Shown: piece after piece, positions 57,308-64,000 of the stretch
How the letters are laid out: every line of letters starts with the position of its first letter
Position numbering within the stretch: position 1 is the first letter of the stretch
Origin: an uncultured Ignavibacteria bacterium
Lineage (GTDB): Bacteria; Zixibacteria; MSB-5A5; JAABVY01; JAHJOQ01
Assembly: GCA_964415885.1 (NCBI GenBank)
Contig: CAYQCE010000009.1
Location: 3,338-67,337, forward strand
Length of the DNA: 64,000 nt
Reading direction: 5' to 3'
Translations under genes and position numbers: made by a program
The notes under the pieces: generated by a model
What the model was told of the DNA's origin: nothing
Database searches by the model: none
What the model saw: only the letters and a program-made list of their open reading frames with translations

Positions 57308-57870
57308 GCCTTGACCTTCTTCTTTCCTATATGTTCTTGCGCGAGCTTTACGCCCTCGTCGAGTGCTTTGAAGTTTATCTCGAGCACGTCCGCCTTACGG
57401 GCGAGCTTCTCCTTGATGGTGTCCTTGACCGTTTGGTATTTCACGACTCCGGTTGCGCCGATGAATGCGCCGAGTATGGCGATGTTGGCCGCTTTGGCGT
57501 TGCCTGCGTTCAGCGCTATCTCATTCGCAGGGACGAGGATTTCGGTGATGTCGTCTCGATCGCTTGTGACATCGATGAGCGATGAATTGACTATCGCGAG
57601 TCCGCCCGCCTTGATCTTCGGGAGGAATTTGTCGAATGACGGGCGGTTGAACACGCATGCGCCTTTTGGATTGCTGATGATCGGCGAACCGATTCGCTTG
57701 TCGGAAACGACGACCGTGCAGTACGCTGTGCCTCCGCGCATCTCGGGACCGTACGACGGGATCCAGACTACCTGCTTCTCTTCGGCAATGCCCGCGTAGG
57801 CGAGAAGCTGTCCGGCGGTGAGGATACCCTGACCGCCGAATCCGGCGAATGTGACCTCATACTGTTCCAT
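57304..57870 (-). CDS. 2-oxoacid:ferredoxin oxidoreductase gamma subunit
   Basis: …[13 protein letters not shown]…[12 protein letters not shown]… is a typical PorG/KorC. ATGA overlap with the downstream nuoE-like gene. Confidence 0.85.
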   Translation of the reverse strand: MEQYEVTFAGFGGQGILTAGQLLAYAGIAEEKQVVWIPSYGPEMRGGTAYCTVVVSDKRIGSPIISNPKGACVFNRPSFDKFLPKIKAGGLAIVNSSLIDVTSDRDDITEILVPANEIALNAGNAKAANIAILGAFIGATGVVKYQTVKDTIKEKLARKADVLEINFKALDEGVKLAQEHIGKKKVKA

Positions 57871-58642
57871 TGTCTATCCTCCCAATATCCGGGTCCTTGA
57901 AACAGCCAAGCGGATAGTAAGGCGACATATTCTCCTGCAGCCACTTCGTGGCCTCGCGTGGAGATAGTCCCCAGTTCGTCGGGCATGTCGAGAGCACTTC
58001 GATCAGCGTGAAGCACTTGCCCTGCTCCTGATACTCGAATGCCTTTTTGATGGCACGTTTGGCTTTGACCACGTTCCGGGGGGTGTGAACCGCAACTCTC
58101 TCGAGATATGCCGGGGTCTGAAGCGCAGCGAGCAGCTCGACCATCTTGATCGGCTGACCCGTCAAAGCTGTGTCACGTCCCATTGGACAGGTTGTTGTAA
58201 TCTGATCCTGAAGTGTCGTCGGCGCCATCTGTCCGCCCGTCATGCCGTAGATTGCGTTGTTCACGAAAATCGTGGTGAATTTCTCGCCGCGATTTGCGGC
58301 GTGAATAATCTCCGCCATCCCGATCGATGCTAGGTCACCGTCGCCCTGGTACGTAAAGACTATCATGTCAGGGCGAAGTCTCTTGAAACCGGTCGCGAGA
58401 GCCGGCGCTCTGCCATGAGGCGCCTCGAGAAAATCACAGTTGAAGTAATTGTAACAGAGAACAGAGCACCCGACGGGTGCGACTCCGCATGTCTTTTCGC
58501 GAAGGTTGAGCTCATCGAGTGCCTCCGCAACGAGACGATGTATCACGCCGTGCGTGCAGCCGGGGCAATAGTGGGTTACGACGTCTCTAAGAGCCTCCGG
58601 CCGTTCAAATATCTTCTGTTCCGGCCTGAATGTTTCAGCCAT
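57857..58642 (-). CDS. 2-oxoacid:ferredoxin oxidoreductase beta subunit (ThDP-binding)
   Basis: …[10 protein letters not shown]…, …GDGD…NN…YGMTGGQ… ThDP motif, and the C-terminal Cys for the proximal cluster. Confidence 0.9.
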   Translation of the reverse strand: MAETFRPEQKIFERPEALRDVVTHYCPGCTHGVIHRLVAEALDELNLREKTCGVAPVGCSVLCYNYFNCDFLEAPHGRAPALATGFKRLRPDMIVFTYQGDGDLASIGMAEIIHAANRGEKFTTIFVNNAIYGMTGGQMAPTTLQDQITTTCPMGRDTALTGQPIKMVELLAALQTPAYLERVAVHTPRNVVKAKRAIKKAFEYQEQGKCFTLIEVLSTCPTNWGLSPREATKWLQENMSPYYPLGCFKDPDIGRIDNGTV

Positions 58643-58650
58643 GGCTCCCC

Positions 58651-59817
58651 CTAACCTTTCTTCTTCGACTTAGACTTCGCGGTGGATTTTCGGGAAGTCT
58701 TTTTTGTCGATTTTTTTGCAGTTGTCTTGGCTTTTCCCGACTTGCCACCGGTCGTCTGCCTTGAGTATTTCAGGACCTGCTCGATGATCTCCTCCGGAGA
58801 CGGCACAATGCCTCCGGTCCGACCGTAGAAGTGAACCGGCTTCGCACCGAGTATCGCTCGCTCGACGTCTTCCATCATCTGAGCAGTGCTCATCTCGACC
58901 GTCAACACGTTCTTAATGTTAGACTTCGCGGCTTCCTTTTCGATCTGCTTTGCGGGGAATGGGAAGAGCGATATCGGCCGGAATAGACCGACGGAAACTC
59001 CCTGTCTGTCGAGTTCGTCGATTGCGGTCTGGCAGATTCGAGCCATGGTTCCGTATGCCACTAACAACAGGTCGTTCTTTTTTGAAATCTTGTAATTCTC
59101 GTAACGTACCTCGTCCTTCTCCATCTGCTTGTATTTCCTGTCAAGGACCCAGGAATTTTCTTCAAGCTGTGTTGGATCGAGAAAGAGAGATTTGATAATG
59201 TACGGGTCGCGTCCCTCGCAGCCATCTGCTGCCCATTCTTTCGCGGGAAGCTCGGGCTCTTCGTATTTTTCCGGGAATTCCACCGGCTCCATCATCTGAC
59301 CGATCATGCCGTCGCCGATCATCATGACCGGATTGCGGTACTTGTCGGCGAGATGGAACGAGAGCATCATGAGATCCACGGCTTCCTGGATGCTCGACGG
59401 TGCGAGAACCAGGAGCCTGTAGTCGCCGTGACCACCGCCCTTGACCGACTGGTAGTAATCCGACTGTGCGGGAAGAATTCCACCGAGGCCGGGACCGCCA
59501 CGCATGATATTGACAATCACACACGGCAACTGTGCGCCGGCCATGTAGGAGATCGCCTCCTGCATCAACGATATTCCGGGGCTCGAGGATGTCGTGAAAA
59601 CGCGCTTTCCGGTTGAGGCCGCGCCGAAGAGCATGTTTGCCACGGCCAGCTCCGACTCACCCTGCAGGAAGACACCACCGACCTCCGGGATACGTTTCGA
59701 CAGATACTCGGCGACCTCGGTCTGCGGCGTAATAGGATAGCAGAAGTAGTTGTTTGCACCCGCACGCAGAGCAGCTTCCGCAATCGCCTCGTTACCTTTC
59801 ATCAATATTCGTGCCAT
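58651..59817 (-). CDS. 2-oxoacid:ferredoxin oxidoreductase alpha subunit with Lys-rich C-terminal tail
   Basis: [20 protein letters not shown]…[10 protein letters not shown]… is the PorA/KorA N-terminus. The last ~35 aa (…[34 protein letters not shown]) form a histone-H1-like K/T/S-rich tail. Confidence 0.9.
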   Translation of the reverse strand: MARILMKGNEAIAEAALRAGANNYFCYPITPQTEVAEYLSKRIPEVGGVFLQGESELAVANMLFGAASTGKRVFTTSSSPGISLMQEAISYMAGAQLPCVIVNIMRGGPGLGGILPAQSDYYQSVKGGGHGDYRLLVLAPSSIQEAVDLMMLSFHLADKYRNPVMMIGDGMIGQMMEPVEFPEKYEEPELPAKEWAADGCEGRDPYIIKSLFLDPTQLEENSWVLDRKYKQMEKDEVRYENYKISKKNDLLLVAYGTMARICQTAIDELDRQGVSVGLFRPISLFPFPAKQIEKEAAKSNIKNVLTVEMSTAQMMEDVERAILGAKPVHFYGRTGGIVPSPEEIIEQVLKYSRQTTGGKSGKAKTTAKKSTKKTSRKSTAKSKSKKKG

Positions 59818-59843
59818 ATAGATATTTCCTGTTATGCGTCAGC

Positions 59844-60077
59844 TTAGTATTCGAAGAGGCTGAACTGCAGCCCGTTCGTGTGCACATCAATTGCTACATC
59901 GGGGCAGACCAAAGCACATATTCGGCAGCCGATGCAGCGCGAAGGATCGTGAACCTGAGCGTAGAAATACCCGCGAACGGTGATGTCTTTCGACATCGAG
60001 AGTATCTCCATCGGGCATGCCTGCACACAGAGCTCGCAACCCTTACAGTGATTCTTGTCTATTGTTACTCTGGGCAT
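59844..60077 (-). CDS. 2-oxoacid:ferredoxin oxidoreductase delta subunit (2x[4Fe-4S] ferredoxin)
   Basis: 77 aa with CKGCELCVQACP and CIGCRICALVCP. Confidence 0.8.
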   Translation of the reverse strand: MPRVTIDKNHCKGCELCVQACPMEILSMSKDITVRGYFYAQVHDPSRCIGCRICALVCPDVAIDVHTNGLQFSLFEY

Positions 60078-60096
60078 AAATCCCCTCGATATATGT

Positions 60097-60834
60097 TTAT
60101 TGTTTGCCGGCTTTCGATTCTCTCTCCCACGGCTTGAGCAGCATTCGCTCGAGAGGAAGAACCGGAAGCCCGTCTGTATTTACGTCGCTCTTGTCGAGAA
60201 TCGCTTTGAGCGCACTGACAAATACGATGGGCAGCCCGGATTCGCGGGAGACCTCCCGCGCGAGCTTGATCCCATCCTGGACTACGGTCGCGTCGGTAAA
60301 TTCCATCATATGGCTGTTTGAAATCAGGCCGGTGAATGTCAGTCGTGACGCACGCTCGATACCGTTCAACATTTTTACACTGCTCGTCATGTCCCTGGTG
60401 AATGGCCGGTTGGCGTTCAGGACGAGAAACATGTCATAATCCACGCCATCGTCAAACGCGTCGGAGAGGGAGGACAGCACTCTCGCACCCACATCATCTC
60501 CACCGACGTCCAGTATGGTCTTACCCTGATGACCTTCTATCGCCCCTTTGACTTGCGGAAGTATGATCGGGAGATCGGCGTATTCGTGCGCGCCCTCGGG
60601 CACTATTGCCTCGATGCCGTACTCAGCGAGAGCCTTGCGTGCTTCGCGTGATCTGAAGTACGGGTTGACGATATCGAGATCCACGATCACAACAGGCTGA
60701 TCCTGAGATTCCGCGACGTGACGAGACAGATTGACAGCAACTTCGGATTTACCACTACCGTAACCGCCGACGATTATAATGATGTCTTTGGAGAAAGAGG
60801 GAAGGTCCCGCTGTTTAGACACTCTGCGCATCAT
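60097..60834 (-). CDS. P-loop NTPase of unknown function (Walker A GGYGSGKS), first gene of the oxidoreductase operon
   Basis: …IIIIVGGYGSGKSEVAVNL… Walker A, plus …VIVDLDIVNPYF… and hhhhD (…MFLVLNAN…) Walker-B-like segments. No closer family assignment possible by eye. Confidence 0.55.
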   Translation of the reverse strand: MMRRVSKQRDLPSFSKDIIIIVGGYGSGKSEVAVNLSRHVAESQDQPVVIVDLDIVNPYFRSREARKALAEYGIEAIVPEGAHEYADLPIILPQVKGAIEGHQGKTILDVGGDDVGARVLSSLSDAFDDGVDYDMFLVLNANRPFTRDMTSSVKMLNGIERASRLTFTGLISNSHMMEFTDATVVQDGIKLAREVSRESGLPIVFVSALKAILDKSDVNTDGLPVLPLERMLLKPWERESKAGKQ

Positions 60835-61121
60835 CTCCCGTCATCCCCGGAGCCGCAGAAAGTGAAGCCCCGAATTCGCATTTATGCCTCGTCAGCACAT
60901 CCGATCCCGCATCGATCGATTGCACCCCGATGACAATTCATAATATATACGAAACGAATCTCCGCAGAGTCAAGCGGATTGGCAAAAAATGGATTGTAAC
61001 ATAATAGGTTGACACCCACTGGTACCTCCGCTATATTCATTCTCTGATTCATCTCTGTAATACGATTATGTGTATTGAGTTATGACATTTAAGCATCTGT
61101 TTGAACCGTCAGGAGAGGGAA

Positions 61122-61949
61122 ATGGATAGAATCGGGAGAAAAAACACCGTGCAGTATATGGCGATTATTCTCGCTTCGCTCCTTGCGCTCTGCTTTGTCG
61201 GGGGTTGCGATAGCGGCACCGAGGATGAAGCCGCGAAGGGTGAGCGGACCTCGTCAGCCGATATTGGCCGGGAGTACTATGCGGATTGGTTGAAACACAG
61301 ATCCAAGTATTTCGAGATCAGATACGCTCCGAACGAGGAACTTCACTCGCGAATTCAGGCGATTGGTGAGAAGATGGATGAGGTAATCCTCTTCAACTCC
61401 ATGGTGCTCCGGACAAAGGCGCCGGACAGCCTGTTCGTGATGCTGTTCGAGAACAAGACCGAGGGGAATAGAGTGACCGGCAGGCTACTGCCTTTCTTCT
61501 CCAATGACACGATATATTATGAGGTCATGTCGCCGATTGGGCTGGCCGTATCCGACTATATGCTGCACAAGGCGGCGGGGGACTCGATACGCTACAAGTT
61601 CATCGAGGAGGGGTATCCCGCGTTGCTCGACTTTTCAGGCTTCAACTATCACGAGATGGCGCAGGAGTATTTCGATCGCGAAGAGGGGTATACCGCGATG
61701 CAGCTCGTCGACAACAAAATATACAACAGCATGATGCGCGGTCCTCGCCGTACTTTGGCAGCGTCTTTCATTGCCTACTTGACCTACAATTACGGTTCCG
61801 CTCCGATAGTCGGCCTGCTTCGCCAGGAGGGAACTGCAGAAGATATCCTGCAACTGGCCACCAGGAAGTCGATACCGGAGTTGCACGCCGGCTGGGAGAG
61901 AGATCTCCCGGCTCTGGCAGAAATCAAGAGTAACGAGGCGCAACCATGA
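61122..61949 (+). CDS. Hypothetical lipoprotein
   Basis: ATG after AGGAGAGGG. N-terminus MDRIGRKNTVQYMAIILASLLALCFVGGC (signal plus lipobox-like Cys). No recognised domain. Confidence 0.55.
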   Translation: MDRIGRKNTVQYMAIILASLLALCFVGGCDSGTEDEAAKGERTSSADIGREYYADWLKHRSKYFEIRYAPNEELHSRIQAIGEKMDEVILFNSMVLRTKAPDSLFVMLFENKTEGNRVTGRLLPFFSNDTIYYEVMSPIGLAVSDYMLHKAAGDSIRYKFIEEGYPALLDFSGFNYHEMAQEYFDREEGYTAMQLVDNKIYNSMMRGPRRTLAASFIAYLTYNYGSAPIVGLLRQEGTAEDILQLATRKSIPELHAGWERDLPALAEIKSNEAQP

Positions 61950-62713
61950 GCGATAACAGCAAGTGGAAAACAAGCATAACCGCCATCGGCCCCGGCAGGA
62001 TTGAGGTCCGCGGATACCCTATCGAGCAGTTGATGGAGAAGAAGAGCTTTGCCGAGACGGTCTATCTCGTTCTCAAGGGCGACTTGCCGTCGGAAGCCGA
62101 GGCCGAGATGTTCGAAGCTATTCTCGTTTCGTCCGTAGATCATGGCATCTCTCCGCCATCGGTTCTCGGTGCCCGGAACAGCGTGTCGGCGGGGAATCAA
62201 CTGAATGCCGCCGTTGCTGCGGGAATACTCTCGATCGGCGATGTCCACGGTGGTGCAATCGAACAGGCGGCGCGCATTATGCAGGAGGTCGCCGAGAAGG
62301 ACGGTCCCCCCGAGGCTCTCGCGGCCGAGCTCGTCGATGACCTTGCGTCGCGCAAGAAAAGAATGCCCGGATTCGGTCATCGCCTGCACAAGACGGATCC
62401 CCGGACATTGAAAATGTTCGAGAAGGCTGACAGGCTCGGTTTCGGCGGCAGACATTTGGCGCTCTGCAAGGCTATTGAGGTTGCTCTCGAGAACAAGACC
62501 GGAAAGAAGCTTCCTATAAATGTCGACGGCGCGATTGCAGCGGTTATCTCCGATATGGGTTTCGACTGGAAGCTCGGCAAGGGCTTCTTTATTCTCAGCC
62601 GTACGGTTGGCCTGATAGCACACGTTTATGAGGAATGGACGACACAGCGTCCCATGCGCAAACTCGGTGACACCAACGCCGAGTATGTTGGCCCCGATCG
62701 CAGAGATGTATGA
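61946..62713 (+). CDS. Short citrate-synthase-family protein (citryl-CoA lyase-like, about 255 aa)
   Basis: Retains the citrate synthase catalytic segments (…GDVHGGAIE…, …PGFGHRLHKTDPR…, …NVDGAIAAV…) but lacks the large N-terminal domain of full-length citrate synthase. ATGA overlap with the upstream gene. Confidence 0.7.
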   Translation: MSDNSKWKTSITAIGPGRIEVRGYPIEQLMEKKSFAETVYLVLKGDLPSEAEAEMFEAILVSSVDHGISPPSVLGARNSVSAGNQLNAAVAAGILSIGDVHGGAIEQAARIMQEVAEKDGPPEALAAELVDDLASRKKRMPGFGHRLHKTDPRTLKMFEKADRLGFGGRHLALCKAIEVALENKTGKKLPINVDGAIAAVISDMGFDWKLGKGFFILSRTVGLIAHVYEEWTTQRPMRKLGDTNAEYVGPDRRDV

Positions 62714-62753
62714 ATTTCGGATTGCCGAGAGCGTGGTTCAGGAGTAGTTTGAT

Positions 62754-63596
62754 TTGAGACGATTTCGAAGGCTGTTAAAGGGTGTTATCTGCGCAGTTCT
62801 GCCTGTCCTGATTGTGGCGTTGTCATGCGGTCCCGCTCCAAAAGAAGAGCCGGAGCGAGTGCGGATTCCGGTGCCCTCTGATTTGACTGCGGTGGTCGGG
62901 CACGAGCAGGTCGAACTGCGGTGGACGACAAACCGTGGCGATGCCTTAATACAGGGATACAATATCTATATCGATGAGTCGCCGGTCGTCGGGCCGGATG
63001 GCGCGGTTGTATTGCCTGATGAGGAGACGTTTCACGCGGATGTCTACCCGGGTGACCTCGATCCCGCCACGGAATTCGAGACATTCGAGGCTCGCAAGCT
63101 TCGCGATGGAGTTAAGTACTACGCTGCGGTGACTATCATGATGGCGAGCGGAATCGAGGGGCCTCCCTCCAATATGATAGAGTTCGTGTGTCATCCGCAC
63201 GGTGAGATTTCGCTCGGCACGAGCTTCAGCGGCGAAAGAGAGGGGTTCTCATTCGAGCGTGCGGAGTTTGTCAATACCGATGCCGCCGCCAATCAGATAT
63301 ATTTCACGCAGATCAATGGCGAGGACTACCTGGCGTCTCCGGGCCGAATTGATGACATATTGCAGACTGTGCGATTCTATCCCTTGAATATCAACTCTAT
63401 AGGTGATCGATTCGATCCTCCGAGTGGGACCGGTTCGGACAAGATTCGTGTGGTGGAGGGCGGCAGCTATCTGCTTCGCACGTCTGACAACAAACATGCC
63501 AAGATAATCGTAACCGGATTCACAGGGAGCGGAGACGATCGTATGATTCGATTCGCCTACAGCTACATGCCAAAGCCCGGTTACACCAACTTCTGA
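62754..63596 (+). CDS. Hypothetical lipoprotein with fibronectin-III-like N-terminal domain
   Basis: TTG start 9 nt after AGGAG. N-terminus RRFRRLLKGVICAVLPVLIVALSCG (lipobox). …PSDLTAVVGHEQVELRWTTN… is FN3-like. Confidence 0.5.
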   Translation: MRRFRRLLKGVICAVLPVLIVALSCGPAPKEEPERVRIPVPSDLTAVVGHEQVELRWTTNRGDALIQGYNIYIDESPVVGPDGAVVLPDEETFHADVYPGDLDPATEFETFEARKLRDGVKYYAAVTIMMASGIEGPPSNMIEFVCHPHGEISLGTSFSGEREGFSFERAEFVNTDAAANQIYFTQINGEDYLASPGRIDDILQTVRFYPLNINSIGDRFDPPSGTGSDKIRVVEGGSYLLRTSDNKHAKIIVTGFTGSGDDRMIRFAYSYMPKPGYTNF

Positions 63597-63602
63597 TAGG
63601 AA

Positions 63603-64000
63603 ATGCGTTCAGAGTTTCCCAAGCTTCTCACCCTGTCGTTGAAGAAGAACCTTCAGCTCGGGGCGAGGATGGAAGTCTGCACTCTCGAGCTAACTTCGTA
63701 CGATCAGCTTCGGAAGAAAGAGAGAGAGACACTCACTGTCACGCGACTCTCCGGTGAGAGCCGCGTAGCGAATCGCCCGCAGTGGGACAGATTCGTGAAT
63801 CTGGTCCAGGGCGGATTCGCCGCCGTGTATGACTACTGGACTCTCGATAGCTTCTGGCCTTACGAGCTCGTGGAGTCATTCTACAACCGAAATCGACACG
63901 AGATCCTCGACCTCCAACAGGCGCTTCAGTTGTTTTTTCCCGGGATGCTGTTCTCCGGCATCGACCATGCAATCGAGTTGCTCGCGAGCTTCACCAGGCC
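63603..64000 (+). CDS. Hypothetical protein (5' part; runs off the window edge)
   Basis: ATG at 63603 with an open frame to the end of the window (132 codons, no stop). No family recognised. Confidence 0.4.
   Translation, partial: MRSEFPKLLTLSLKKNLQLGARMEVCTLELTSYDQLRKKERETLTVTRLSGESRVANRPQWDRFVNLVQGGFAAVYDYWTLDSFWPYELVESFYNRNRHEILDLQQALQLFFPGMLFSGIDHAIELLASFTR

Noticed and set aside
1-64000. CRISPR arrays, IS elements, integrases or prophage genes
   Set aside because: No short direct repeats with regular spacers were seen in the intergenic regions, and no transposase or integrase-like ORFs. Both tRNA-Leu genes have ordinary flanks.

Overview
This 64-kb window looks like a bacterial chromosome segment from an FCB-superphylum-like organism with moderately high GC. 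The phylum call rests on one protein ending in a canonical type IX secretion (T9SS/Por) C-terminal sorting domain. Coding density is high and genes are mostly organised in tightly coupled operons.

Ordinary content:
- An envelope/glycan cluster: two GT2 glycosyltransferases, a WecA/MraY-family transferase and accA.
- A Trm112-like small protein and a PtsN-type EIIA.
- mreC-mreD-mrdA(PBP2)-rodA.
- A secreted protein with two retropepsin-like aspartic protease motifs and a PDZ domain, and an outer-membrane beta-barrel protein.
- gap-pgk-tpiA-secG followed by tRNA-Leu(GAG).
- An SDR oxidoreductase, queD and folE2.
- The pyruvate dehydrogenase complex aceE-aceF-lpd.
- A SAM methyltransferase divergent from a class II CPD photolyase.
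- A Hanks-type Ser/Thr kinase fused to TPR repeats.
- A P-type cation ATPase.

More unusual content:
1. A surface-protein neighbourhood:
   - a secreted M43 (pappalysin-like) metalloprotease carrying thrombospondin-type-3 repeats and a canonical dockerin;
   - a histidine kinase with an FG-GAP-like sensor plus a sigma-54-dependent response regulator;
   - a 1864-aa giant protein built from a DUF4114-like domain, 5-6 HYR repeats, seven Cys-rich ~87-aa repeats, cohesin-dockerin-cohesin and a T9SS C-terminal domain, i.e. a candidate T9SS-anchored scaffold.
2. A minus-strand ATP-grasp / FemAB-like acetyltransferase / ThDP-enzyme operon beside an orphan type IV pilin.
3. A nine-gene minus-strand operon joining a four-subunit 2-oxoacid:ferredoxin oxidoreductase to a NuoE/NuoF/truncated-NuoG-like flavin-FeS module, a polyferredoxin and a P-loop NTPase. 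A short citrate-synthase-family (citryl-CoA-lyase-like) gene sits next to it.

Two tRNA-Leu genes and several clear intrinsic terminators are visible. No CRISPR arrays or obvious mobile elements were seen.

All calls come from reading the ORF translations and the nucleotide sequence by eye. No database searches were run.
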